A stretch of DNA of 64,000 bases, taken from NCBI GenBank assembly GCA_963698825.1, contig CAVOSG010000007.1:150548-214547 (forward strand). Reading direction: 5' to 3'. The position numbers and the translations under genes are program-made. The number at the start of each line of letters is the position of its first letter. The stretch's first letter is position 1. This document shows, piece by piece, positions 11,421-21,007 of the stretch. The DNA comes from Terriglobia bacterium (lineage in GTDB: Bacteria; Acidobacteriota; Terriglobia; Terriglobales; Acidobacteriaceae). The notes under the pieces are model-generated. The model was given only the letters and a program-made list of their open reading frames with translations. It ran no database searches and was not told the origin of the DNA.

Positions 11421-12486
11421 ATGTTTAGACCGCTTGCGCGTGCTGTGTTAGTTCGAAGGTTTTGCTGCTGTTGGCGTCCTGGGTCAGGCCCAGTCTTTTA
11501 TTCTTGAACTGCCACGGCCCAGTCAGCATGCTGTCATCACCCAGCGCATGGGCATCACCGATATCACCATCAACTACCACCGTCCCCTGGTGAACAAGCG
11601 CGAAGTTTGGGGCGGAACTCGTGCCCTACGGTCAAGTGTGGCGGGCCGGAGCCAACGAAAACACCACCATCAAGTTTACTGATCCCGTAACCATCGAAGG
11701 CAAACCCTTGCGAAAGGCGATTTACGGCCTGCACATGATTCCCGGTGAGAGCGAGTGGACCGTTATTTTCTCCAAAGCTCACACCTCTTGGGGCAGCTTC
11801 ACCTACAACCAGGCCGAGGACGCGCTGCGCGTCACCGTGAAACCGCACTCCGCGGAATTCCACGAAGCCTTGACCTATGACTTCGATGAGGTAGAGCGGA
11901 TTCCGCCGTGGTCACACTGCGCTGGGAGAAGATTGCGGTTCCCTTCAACGTCGGCGTGAAACCCACGAAATCGTGCAAGCCAGTCTGCACAGCCAACTCC
12001 ATGGGCTGTCCCAGTACACTGGGAAGGCTGGGACGACGCCGCCAACTACCTGCTGCCGGAAAAGATCGATCTGGACGAGGCCCTGAAATATGCGGAGCGT
12101 CGATCCAGAACGAAGAACGCTACGACAATCTCATGACCAAGTCGCAGATTCTCGACGCCCTGGGCCGCAAGGATGAAGCCACCACGGCGCGAAACAAAGC
12201 ACTCACCATGGCCAATGCCGTCCAGATCCACGGCTACGCTCGCCAGATGCAAATTGCCGGCAAACAGGATGAGGCGTTTGCCATCTATCGCGACAATGCC
12301 AAGAAGAACCCTGACTCAGTGGATTGTGCACGTGGGTTTGTCTCGCATGTATTCCGCGCAGGGCGACTTTGCCAACGCGGCCAAGGAGATGAACATGGCC
12401 GCTAGGCGGGAGCGCCCGATGGACAAAAACAGCCGTTACAGGCGTTCGCCAAGCGGCTGGAAGCGAAGGAGGATATCAATAAATAA
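11421..12486 (+). pseudogene. DUF2911-family secreted protein with C-terminal TPR-like region, broken by at least 6 frameshifts
   Basis: Fragments spread over three frames: signal peptide MFRPLARAVL..., then AVITQRMGITDITINYHRPLVNKREVWGG, then ELVPYGQVWRAGANENT...FSKAHTSWGSFTYNQAEDALRVTVKP, then ...RYDNLMTKSQILDALGRKDEA..., ending ...AKRLEAKEDINK*. Confidence 0.5.
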
Positions 12487-12498
12487 GGGTTTCGTAGC

Positions 12499-12599
12499 GC
12501 CGCCATCCCGGCGGCTGTCGTGTGGGCGCCCCGCCCACCCCGCCGAGAGGCAGCCCTCCGAGGGCGAGACGCCCTCGGGACGGCCGGCGAGACGCCGGC
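12499..12599. terminator. Cluster of four tandem GC-rich hairpins between convergent genes (DUF2911 and RES)
   Basis: gccgccATCCcggcggc; gtgggcgCCCcgcccac; ccgagggcgAGAcgccctcgg (9-bp stem); gccggcgAGAcgccggc. No U-tracts. Confidence 0.45.
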
Positions 12600-12641
12600 G
12601 CTACACATTCAGAGCTTTCGTTAGCACAGCTAAGAGCCAAC

Positions 12642-13112
12642 TTATCTCTTTCCCGCCAACCGCGGATCGAACTGAAAGTTCACGGGCTTGCCGAAGCGCA
12701 ACCTGGGGAAATCCGAGTGCGCCGGGTTAAGCAGAAAATTGCTTTCTCCTGGGATAAGGACACTCGGAACCTGGAGCACGGGTGAGCTTCCCGCAAGAAT
12801 CCAGTCGTCGCCAATGGACCGGACTTCCGGCGGTGCAGGGTCGGACCTCCAGTGCCTGGGCAGCACCGAGAGCTCAACCGGTCTGACCAGCGCCTGCTCG
12901 AACTCCACTTCGATCAATACGTACTTCTGCAGTAACTCCGACGAGTCGAGATGGACCAACATTTCGAGAGCAGCGAGCGATTGTGACTGTGCGGCGTAAA
13001 CGACGGCGGTTCCAGGATTGTTCCACCGACCGCCAAACTCGCGCGCGCCTTCCCCGGTAAACGCATCCCTGGCATGCTTTCGTTTGGTAATGCGCCAGGC
13101 TGTGACAATCAC
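12642..13112 (-). CDS. RES-domain toxin (Xre-RES / MbcT-like type II TA)
   Basis: 156 aa. R...E...S signature (ARDAFTGEGAREFGGRWNNPG...AAQSQSLAALEMLVHL). Overlaps the upstream antitoxin gene by 4 nt. Confidence 0.75.
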   Translation of the reverse strand: MIVTAWRITKRKHARDAFTGEGAREFGGRWNNPGTAVVYAAQSQSLAALEMLVHLDSSELLQKYVLIEVEFEQALVRPVELSVLPRHWRSDPAPPEVRSIGDDWILAGSSPVLQVPSVLIPGESNFLLNPAHSDFPRLRFGKPVNFQFDPRLAGKR

Positions 13113-13588
13113 GAAAAGATTCCGTGCTCCAGCCGTCCGATCAGGTTTTCGACCTCGCGGGCTCCGGGCTCGGTGCGAGCGTAGGTTAGCGGAGGACGAT
13201 CGCCCAGCGCCTTCCGGGGCGTAGTCAGCCAGTTCACGGCGGCCGCCACATCGCCTTCAAATAGATCGACTGCATCTTCGAATACGGCGGAGATGCGGAG
13301 CAGCCGTTCGGATTCTTCCGGAGTCAATCTGCGGGAAACCTTGCGCCGGGCCAGGGTTCGCTCGGGAATTCCCAGAATATCGGCCAGCCGCGTCAGTGCC
13401 AGACCGCTGCAGGATTCGAGGGCTTGCAGGGTCTTAAAGGAGAACCCACGTTCCAACTGTCGAATAAGTTCGTCAGAGTTGGCCGCGGTCAGGCCGAGCG
13501 TCCTCCCACGCAATCGGAATCGGACCGAATGGCGAGATGAACCTGGCCGAGCCGCCGCAGTTGGCCGGTTTAGCGGAGTATGACCCAC
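13109..13588 (-). CDS. Xre-family antitoxin with DUF2384 toxin-binding domain (ParS/MbcA-like). True start probably internal, at about 13500.
   Basis: LALTRLADILGIPERTLARR HTH followed by TPEESERLLRISAVFEDAVDLFEGDVAAAVNWLTTPRKALGDRPPL. Positioned directly 5' of the RES gene. Confidence 0.65.
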   Translation of the reverse strand: MGHTPLNRPTAAARPGSSRHSVRFRLRGRTLGLTAANSDELIRQLERGFSFKTLQALESCSGLALTRLADILGIPERTLARRKVSRRLTPEESERLLRISAVFEDAVDLFEGDVAAAVNWLTTPRKALGDRPPLTYARTEPGAREVENLIGRLEHGIFS

Positions 13589-13599
13589 GGTTCAAGTCT

Positions 13600-13660
13600 A
13601 TAAGGGGATCTGCCATATTGTCAAATATCTACTGCCAAGTGGCAGAGGTCAGATCGACTC
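13600..13660. promoter_or_regulatory. Nested palindromes (GATCTG...CAGATC; CTGCCAagTGGCAG) upstream of the Xre-RES operon; candidate operator
   Basis: Seen directly at 13607-13655, within 70 bp of the antitoxin ORF start. Confidence 0.35.
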
Positions 13661-14226
13661 GGGGCAGGAGTCCTGGGTGACGATTGTCTCTTTCCCCATG
13701 CGCCGGCCTACTGCAATCGCTGCAGCGAGAGTTGCTTCGTCCGTTTCCCGTCCGCGAATGATTTCCAGTCTCTTCTCGCTTTCAATCGGCTCCAGGAAGC
13801 GCATGCCCAGACAATTTTTGGCACGGTAGGTGACGCGGGAAATCTCGGTGATGCTGAGCGAGGAAAGATGAGATGCCAGGATCGTGCCCGGACGGCAAAT
13901 CTTGTCAAGCAGGGTGAAAATCTCGAGCTTCGATTCCAGTTCTTCGGGGACCGCTTCGATCACCAGGTCGGCCTGGCGGGCGGCGTCTTCGACGCTGCCG
14001 GCAAATTCCAGCTGGGAGAATGCGGCCTGGGCTGCATCCGCGGAGACCCCGCCTGACTCTACGGCCCGGCCCAGATCCGATGCGAATTTCGCTCTCGGCC
14101 CGGCGCAGCGCATTGGGCAGCAGATCTTCGAGAATGGTGCGATAACCGCCTCGGGCCGCCAACTGGGCGATGCCTCGGCCGACTCGGCCAGCGCCGATGA
14201 CGGCGATGGTCCGCACGTCAGGCGCT
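13649..14226 (-). pseudogene. 3-hydroxyacyl-CoA dehydrogenase NAD-binding domain gene: one frameshift and no C-terminal dimerisation domain
   Basis: VRTIAVIGAGRVGRGIAQLAARGGYRTILEDL (in ORF 13905..15449) then ADLVIEAVPEELESKLEIFTLLDKICRPGTILAS.SSLSITEI...GKETIVTQDS then stop (ORF 13649..14113). Expected PGFVVNR... continuation is absent in all frames. Confidence 0.5.
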
Positions 14227-14236
14227 ACCCCGGCCA

Positions 14237-14422
14237 CTACTGCCCCTTTTCCAGTTGTCCCAGGACAGCATTCAGGTTGGTGCTGGCGGAGCGAATATTT
14301 TCGGCGAGGCGCTTGCGCTCCTCTGCTTCCATCAGTGGGATGGAGGCGCTGATGCGGCGGAGCGTGGTGTTGATGTCGTCGACGTAGTTGATGAGACGGA
14401 TGAGTTCTCCCGTAGCTGCCAT
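14237..14422 (-). CDS. Small hypothetical alpha-helical protein (61 aa)
   Basis: ORF with good RBS (caGGAGcaggtttaactATG). No family recognised. Confidence 0.35.
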   Translation of the reverse strand: MAATGELIRLINYVDDINTTLRRISASIPLMEAEERKRLAENIRSASTNLNAVLGQLEKGQ

Positions 14423-14711
14423 AGTTAAACCTGCTCCTGTTGCCCTTTTGGGATATCTCCATTCTCAATGGTGAGAACGGATTAGTAAAGGCACGACGTG
14501 CATGCGTGCGCCCATTCGAGCAACATCCAGCGAGGGTGCCCCGTCCTCGCTTCTCCGTCTTTTGGAGAGACGGGGCGGGGGCTCTCGCTAACCCGTTGCG
14601 CTCCCGCACCAGCGAAGGCGCTCGGCGCCTGCATTCGCCATCACTTTGGTAATGCTTCCTATCGATGTTATTTATGGGCCATTCCGAGGCGCGGGGGAAT
14701 CTAATGGTGTT

Positions 14712-15548
14712 ATGAGTGAGAAACCCTTGAAGCGGTACCTGTTTGCCAGCGACTTCGACCAGACCCTGACGTTCGACGACTCGGGATACGTGTTGAGCGA
14801 GATGGTGGGCATTCCGACCGCGGAGTTTGAGCGCAAGGCGCAGGGCATGGCCAAGTTGAATCTGGTGCAGCAGGGAGCAGAGCTTTCCTACCTGTTGCTG
14901 CACGATCCAGAGTTCCGCAAGAAAGTGCGCAAGCAGCATTTGTACAAAGTGGGCAAGACCATCCGTTTGAAAGAGAACATTGAGTTGCTCTACCAGGTGC
15001 TCAAGAACGGAGTAGATGGCTATCACTTTGACTTCTACGTACTCTCCGCCTCGCCGGTGGAGGTGATTCAATCGGCGTTGGAGGGCATCGTCCCGGATGA
15101 TCACATCTACGGGACCGAATTCATCTACAACGCCGCGGGCGAGATCGAAAGCCTGGTGCGAGCGACCGCCGGTTACGGCAAAGTCGCGGCCCTCGACGAA
15201 CTGCAGGCCAAGTTGCAGATTGGGCCTGACCACATCATTTACACGGGCGACGGCAGCTCGGACATCAACGTCATGTTGCACGTCAAGATGCGAGACGGCT
15301 TCACCATCGCGGTCTCCGAAGCGAAGCACATCTCCCAGGTTGCCAGAAGGACAGTTCTGAGCACCAACGCCCTGGCGGTTCTGGGCCCGATCCTGGAGGA
15401 AACGGTGGGCTGGGAGCGTACCCAAATTCGCCAGTTCTTCGAGTCCCACGGGATATTGATCCAGGAATGGGACAGCGTCCGCACCGACTGGCTGACCCTG
15501 CGTCCGGCGGTCAAAGAGGCGGCTCCGGCCGTCGCCGCCGGCGCCTGA
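14712..15548 (+). CDS. HAD-superfamily hydrolase (HAD-IB / phosphoserine-phosphatase-like)
   Basis: Motif [12 protein letters not shown] (DxDxT). Downstream GDGSSD motif IV. Start at internal Met of ORF 14646..15548. Confidence 0.7.
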   Translation: MSEKPLKRYLFASDFDQTLTFDDSGYVLSEMVGIPTAEFERKAQGMAKLNLVQQGAELSYLLLHDPEFRKKVRKQHLYKVGKTIRLKENIELLYQVLKNGVDGYHFDFYVLSASPVEVIQSALEGIVPDDHIYGTEFIYNAAGEIESLVRATAGYGKVAALDELQAKLQIGPDHIIYTGDGSSDINVMLHVKMRDGFTIAVSEAKHISQVARRTVLSTNALAVLGPILEETVGWERTQIRQFFESHGILIQEWDSVRTDWLTLRPAVKEAAPAVAAGA

Positions 15549-15660
15549 ATCCGCATCCCGGTCTATCTCATCTCATAGCTACGAGTGGAGTGACGAGCGT
15601 CACCAGCTGCGGCTTGGCTTGGGTTGCGCGAAAGCCCCACTGCACCGACAATAGACAAGC

Positions 15661-16155
15661 ATGCTTCGCGACAAGAACCTTATTCCTCTTTCCCACCAGC
15701 ACCAGCATTGCCTGGCGTTGTGTGTGCGACTGGATCGAGCCATCCAGGCGGGCGAGGTCGATCCCGAAGCGTGGCAGGCTGAGATCCAGCAGATCTTTGA
15801 GCAGGAAATCTCATTTCATTTTGCCGCCGAAGAAAAAGAATTGTTTCCCGTGGCCGCGCGCTACCCCGAACTGCAACCTCTGGTCCAGGAACTGCTGACC
15901 GGACACGTTTTGCTGCGTGATTTCTTCTCTCGCGCGGCCGCCCGCAAATTGCATGTAGCCGGCTTACAGGCTTTGGTCGAAAAACTGGCATCCCACATTC
16001 GCAAGGAAGAACGCGAGCTGTTTGAGGGCATGCAGCGCCTGATGCCGCCGGAAGAGCTTGCGGTGGTGGGCGCCGCGCTGCAGCAATCGCTGGCAGACGC
16101 TTCGAATGCATGCATTCTGCAGAATGCGGCTACGCGGCTGCGCCCCAAGCAGTAG
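15661..16155 (+). CDS. Hemerythrin-like (HHE cation-binding) domain protein
   Basis: Repeated H..xE...ELFP motifs (HFAAEEKELFP, HIRKEERELFEG). Confidence 0.65.
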   Translation: MLRDKNLIPLSHQHQHCLALCVRLDRAIQAGEVDPEAWQAEIQQIFEQEISFHFAAEEKELFPVAARYPELQPLVQELLTGHVLLRDFFSRAAARKLHVAGLQALVEKLASHIRKEERELFEGMQRLMPPEELAVVGAALQQSLADASNACILQNAATRLRPKQ

Positions 16156-16169
16156 TCCTTTCATCAGCC

Positions 16170-16236
16170 CCTGTCATCCTGAGCGCAGTATGCACTTCGC
16201 GAGGCGAAGCAATCCCTCCGCTCAGGATGGCACGGG
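16170..16236. repeat. GTCATCCTGAGCG...CGCTCAGGATGGC hairpin element (copy A of a dispersed repeat family)
   Basis: tGTCATCCTGAGCGcagtatgcaCTTCGCgaggCGAAGcaatccctcCGCTCAGGATGgca. Outer 11-bp stem, inner CTTCGC/GCGAAG stem. Confidence 0.6.
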
Positions 16237-16285
16237 TTGAGGGATGCACCTGAATCCCAAACATTCTTTTGTTCATCTAGCAGAT

Positions 16286-17329
16286 ATGAACCAGGAAGTA
16301 ACTCCCGTTTCTGTTGTCAATTATTCCGAGCCTGGGGTTCAGACCTCGGGCGGCAGCGCTCTGAACGATTCCGCTTTGCTCGATGCCTACTCGCAAGCGG
16401 TCGTAGGAGCTGCCGAGAAGCTCAGCCCTTCCGTGGTCAAGATTGATGTTGCCCAGGCGGCGAAAGGGCGGTCGGGCGAGCCCCGCGAGCGGCAAGGGGG
16501 CGGATCGGGTTTTGTCTTTACCCCCGACGGTCTGATTCTTACCAACAGTCACGTGGTGCACGATGCCACACGCATACAGGTCTCCTTTGCCGATGGCCGG
16601 CGTTTTCCCGCGAGCACCATCGGGGACGATCCCGCGACCGACCTGGCGGTGGTCCGCGTGGATATACCTATTAACGATGCGCCCAACCTGGTGGCAGCTC
16701 CCCTGGGAGATTCGCAGAAATTGCGCGTGGGACAACTGGCCATCGCGATCGGCAACCCGTATGGCTTCCAGTACACCGTGACCGCGGGCGTAGTGAGCGC
16801 GCTGGGGCGTTCGCTGCGCTCCTACTCGGGACGCATGATTGACGACGTGATCCAGACCGACGCTTCGCTCAACCCAGGAAACTCTGGAGGGCCGCTGGTG
16901 ACCTCTGACGGCCATGTGATCGGCGTGAACACGGCGACCATCATGGGTGCCCAGGGGTTGTGCTTCGCGATCGGAATCAATACCGCGAAATTTGTTGCCG
17001 GACGCCTGCTGCAGGAAGGAAGAATTCGTCGCAGCTACATCGGCGTCGAGGCCCAGACCACGCCTCTGCATCGCCGCCTGGTGCGTTTCTATAACCTTCC
17101 GCAGGAAACGGGCGTGGTGGTGATTTCTGTGACTGCAGGCAGTCCCGGCCAGAAGGCCGGATTGCGGGAGGGCGACGTGATTGTCGCCTTGGACGGCAAA
17201 CCAGTCGCCGGCGTGGACGACTTACACCGGCTGCTGACCGACGCCAGGGTGGGCGTCAGCAGTTCACTGACGGTATTGCGCTGGACGGAAAAGCTGGAGC
17301 TAGCCGTGGTGCCGGAAGAATCCGCATAG
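16286..17329 (+). CDS. htrA: HtrA/DegP-family trypsin-like serine protease with C-terminal PDZ domain
   Basis: Catalytic-region motifs GSGFVF...TNSHVV, DLAVVRVD, GNSGGPLV. PDZ motif VISVTAGSPGQKAGLREGDVIVALDGKPV. Confidence 0.8.
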   Translation: MNQEVTPVSVVNYSEPGVQTSGGSALNDSALLDAYSQAVVGAAEKLSPSVVKIDVAQAAKGRSGEPRERQGGGSGFVFTPDGLILTNSHVVHDATRIQVSFADGRRFPASTIGDDPATDLAVVRVDIPINDAPNLVAAPLGDSQKLRVGQLAIAIGNPYGFQYTVTAGVVSALGRSLRSYSGRMIDDVIQTDASLNPGNSGGPLVTSDGHVIGVNTATIMGAQGLCFAIGINTAKFVAGRLLQEGRIRRSYIGVEAQTTPLHRRLVRFYNLPQETGVVVISVTAGSPGQKAGLREGDVIVALDGKPVAGVDDLHRLLTDARVGVSSSLTVLRWTEKLELAVVPEESA

Positions 17330-17334
17330 GCGGG

Positions 17335-17424
17335 TGTGGCGCGGGCGCCCTCGCCCGCGTTCTTTCCCCCTAAATTAGGCCTGTGGAGCCTCGATCTTTC
17401 ACGCGGGCGAGGGCGCCCGCGCCA
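17335..17424. terminator. Perfect 24-bp GC-rich inverted repeat (GTGGCGCGGGCGCCCTCGCCCGCG) with 42-nt spacer, between convergent htrA and M20 peptidase genes
   Basis: 17335-17358 is the exact reverse complement of 17401-17424. Confidence 0.5.
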
Positions 17425-17435
17425 CACAACCATCT

Positions 17436-18940
17436 CTACCTCGCCAGCTCGTACAGATATTCCACCTGCGAGCGCACCGCTCCGTCGATCCCCTGCACGT
17501 TCGGGTTTTTGGATTCGATCACGAAGTATTCGTCGGGAGCATGAGCGCCGCTGCCGTGGCCCATTCCGAAGTGGCCTGCGGGCAAGCGCAGCGGATCGCC
17601 GGTGAAAACGTATCCGGGCCACGATCCCGCGCTGCGCGGCAGAATGATGGGATCGATCCCCTGGCTGCGATAGAACGTCACCTGGGCGCGGATCAGCGGA
17701 GCGTCCGCCGAAGTGCTATTGGGATCGTAACCACCCGTCATGTTCACTTCGATGTCGCCGAAGCCGCGTTTGGCCAGGTGGGCCTTGAGCGCGGCCAGCG
17801 CTTCGTCGGCTTTCATGTCCGGCACCAGCCGCAGGTCAAGCTTGGCGACCGCCCGATGGGGAAGAATCGTCTTGCCGCCCGGCCCGGTGTAGCCGCCCAC
17901 CAGTCCTTCGATATTCACCGTGGGGCGCGATTGCAGCAGCTCGAGTGCTTCCTGATAGCTGACGTCGTGTACCCAGTGTTCGGTGCTGTACTGCTTCTTG
18001 GCGACGCTCTCATCGAGGCGGCGAGCGGCTTCCGCGACCATCTTCTTTTCGGCAGCGGAGATCGGGCGGGCCTTGTCCGCAAAGCCGTCAATCGCAGGCG
18101 TGCTGCCGTCGGGCGAGACCAGCGTCACCAGAGCTTCCACGAGATGCCATGCCGGACTGTCAATCATGGCCTTCAGGCTGGAGTGAACATCTTTGCGCGG
18201 ACCGCGTCCCCACTTTTCTCCGCTGGAAACCAATTCGAGTTCAATTACACCTTTGGCGCCGAGCGTCATCGTGACTTTGCCGTCGCGGTCCTGCTCGGCC
18301 GATGGCATGTAAACTCCGCTGCACTTGCGCAGCGCAGCCAGCACCTCAGGACGGCGGACAACTTGCGGGAAGTGCGGCGAGCCGATCTCTTCTTCGCCTT
18401 CCGCCACAAACACCAGGTTCACCGGAAGCTTGCGGCCCGCGCCGCGAATCGCATGCAGGGCCGCGAGGAAAGAGGCCTCCGGGCCCTTCTGGTTGACCGC
18501 GCCCCGGCCGATCAAGACTTTCCCCAAGTCCGGCTTGTCCACCAGCGCGGCCTCGAACGGCGGCGACGACCACTCCGCGGGATCGGCCTGCTTCACGTCA
18601 TACATGAAATAGAGGCCGATGGTTCGCGGGGCGCCGGCGTCAAGCGTGGCGAAGATGCCGGGCTGGCCGTCGGTGGGAATTTTCGTGACTTCGCCGAAAC
18701 CGGCATCGCGCAGCATGCGCATGGTGAGATCGCAGCCTTCATCCATGCCGCGTTTCTCGGCGGCAATCGAAGGCTGGCGAATCCACTGCTGCAGGCGCGC
18801 ACCGATTCGTCGTGGCGCTTTTCAATTTCTTTTTGAATGGCGGCCAGGTCGGGATTGTCGGCGGCAGCCAGCGAACTGCGGGACAAGGCGAGAGATGCGG
18901 CTCCAGCAGCGGTGGCTTGAAGAAACGTTCGTCGGTTCAT
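17436..18940 (-). CDS. M20-family metallopeptidase (dipeptidase-like) with Tat signal peptide; one 1-nt frameshift near 18790
   Basis: N-terminus MNRRTFLQATAAGAASLALS (twin-arginine) in ORF 18593..19000. M20 body in ORF 17436..18746 (HFGMGHGSGAHAPDE, GGKTILP). Frames join if one base is restored in gtgcgcgcctgcag. Confidence 0.6.
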
Positions 18941-19229
18941 GGGCGCGAGGATAATCGGAAGGGGGGCGGGGTGTAAAGGGCGGGCGCCGGTGGCGGACAC
19001 AGCAGATTCCTCACCGGCTGAAGCCGGTTCGGAATGACACGGGATGCGGCGCTCATCTCGTTTCCTTCAAGCCGATGATCTTGAAATAACGACGGGTAAG
19101 AAAACTGCCGAGCTTGGCTCGGCTGGGCGGACGAGTGCGTCCGCCCCTACGTGGTTCGTGGTGCGCCGCCGTAGTATCATTGCAAGCTCCGGTACCCTGT
19201 GTTAGCGTCTTGAAACAGCAGAGGTTAGC

Positions 19230-20060
19230 TTGCAAGCGACAATTCCTGCCGGGCTGGATCGCAAGGAAGCTGAAGTTTACCAGCGGCTTGATCCGGAACG
19301 GCTCCCGAAACACATCGCCATCATCATGGACGGCAACGGCCGCTGGGCGCGCCGCCGCCATTTGCCGCGCATGGCCGGGCACCGCGCCGGAGTCACATCC
19401 GTGCGCTCGACGGTCGAGACCGCGGCTCGCATCGGGATTCCGTCGCTGACCCTGTATGCGTTCTCCGAAGAGAACTGGAAGAAGCGTCCCCGCAGCGAAG
19501 TGGATTTCCTGATGGGACTGCTGTGCCGCTATCTGAAGGCGGAAGTTCCGACGCTGAACAAGAACAACATCCGGCTGGAATACATCGGCCGCCAGCACGA
19601 GCTGCCGCCGGCGGTGCAGGAAAAGATGGACTGGGCGCGGGAGGCTACCGCGGGCAATACCGGCATGGTGCTGACCCTGGCGCTGAATTACAGCGCGCGC
19701 ACCGAACTGGTGGACGCCTTCCGGTCGATGGTGGATGCGGCTGCCCGCAATGGCGGCCTGGATCATCTGGCGATTGATGAGGACGCGGTTTCGCAGAACC
19801 TGTACACGCGGCACTTGCCCGATCCCGATCTGGTGATTCGCACCAGCGGCGAGATGCGGCTGAGCAATTTTCTGCTGTGGCAGCTGGCCTACGCTGAAAT
19901 CTATGTCACTCCGACTTTGTGGCCGGAATTCCGCGGCGTGCATCTGCTCGAGGGCATCGCGGAATATCAGAAGCGCGAGCGGCGCTACGGCGGATTGGCC
20001 GGCGACGCGGCGCACGCGCACGCTTCTCATCAGCACGCAGCCAAGACGGGCCGGAGCTAA
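19230..20060 (+). CDS. uppS: Undecaprenyl-diphosphate synthase (isoprenyl transferase)
   Basis: HIAIIMDGNGRWA, LTLYAFSEENWKRP, RTSGEMRLSNFLLWQLAYAE signatures. TTG start. Confidence 0.85.
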   Translation: MQATIPAGLDRKEAEVYQRLDPERLPKHIAIIMDGNGRWARRRHLPRMAGHRAGVTSVRSTVETAARIGIPSLTLYAFSEENWKKRPRSEVDFLMGLLCRYLKAEVPTLNKNNIRLEYIGRQHELPPAVQEKMDWAREATAGNTGMVLTLALNYSARTELVDAFRSMVDAAARNGGLDHLAIDEDAVSQNLYTRHLPDPDLVIRTSGEMRLSNFLLWQLAYAEIYVTPTLWPEFRGVHLLEGIAEYQKRERRYGGLAGDAAHAHASHQHAAKTGRS

Positions 20061-20066
20061 CACGGC

Positions 20067-20967
20067 TTGCAACTACTGAAACGAATCCTCACCGCAGTGC
20101 TCCTGATTCCGATCGTCTGCTGCTGGTGTTGCGCGCGCCGGTGCCGGTGCTGGCGTTGGTTACTGCGCTGGTGGCGCTGCTCGCGGTTCAGGAACTGCTC
20201 AAGATTTCCGAAGCCTACGGGATCCGTCCGTTTCACTGGCCGACCTATATTTTTGTCGGCTTGTTCTTTCTTTTCCTGGCGGTGAATCTCGGGCACGACA
20301 CTCCTTTGCTTTCTACTGCCGTGTTTGTCTGCAGCGCGGCGTTCGTGGCCGCCATCGCGCCGTTTGTCTTTCTGGTATCGGCATGAGGCGGGCCGATCTC
20401 AGCACCGCGTTTCCCGCCGCCATGATTTCGTCTTCGCGTTCGCCTATATCGCTCTGCCGCTTGGGATGTCTGGTGCAGATTCGGGAGCAGGCGCAGGCGC
20501 GTTCTTTTGCTTGTATCTGCTGTTGATGGTGTGGGCGGGAGACATCTTTGCCTATTTTGTCGGGCGTTCCCTGGGACGCCACCTGATGTCGCCGCGCATC
20601 AGTCCGAAGAAGACCTGGGAAGGCGCGCTGGCGTCGATGATCGCCAGTGTCGGAGTCGGAATGTTGCTGTACAACTATGCGCTGCCCATCAGCACGGCGC
20701 TGCTGAATGCCCATTTGATCGAGAAGAAGGATGGCTTGTTTGCCTTGGAGAAGCCGCCACTGTGGCCGATCATGCTGCTTTCCGCGGTGCATCAATGTTG
20801 CCGCGCAGCTGGGCGATCTGGTGGAATCGCTGATCAAGCGCGGAGCTGGGGTAAAGGATTCAGGGACGCTTCTTCCCGGGCACGGAGGCATGCTTGACCG
20901 GGTAGATGCCCTGCTCTTTGCCGCTCCTGTGCTGTGGTACTATGCGGCTTGGCGCGTGATGCAGTAA
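20067..20967 (+). pseudogene. cdsA: Phosphatidate cytidylyltransferase, at least 3 frameshifts
   Basis: Fragments in three frames: MQLLKRILTAVLLIPIV; LVLRAPVPVLALVTALVALLAVQELLKISEAYG; VWAGDIFAYFVGRSLGRHLMSPRISPKKTWEGA; [40 protein letters not shown]. Confidence 0.7.
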
Positions 20968-21007
20968 GCCGTCCCCCTCGGCTGCGCCCCACCCGAATTT
21001 CTGACTC

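Noticed and set aside
13905-15449. 514-aa ORF on the minus strand, the longest ORF in this area
   Set aside because: Low-complexity R/G/A-rich translation that is antisense to the well-supported HAD hydrolase gene (14712-15548). Only its 3' portion (about 14120-14226) is real coding sequence, as the N-terminus of the hbd-like gene in that frame.
17541-18836. 431-aa plus-strand ORF
   Set aside because: Antisense to the M20 peptidase gene.
19053-20072. 339-aa minus-strand ORF
   Set aside because: Antisense to uppS, which has unmistakable signatures on the plus strand.
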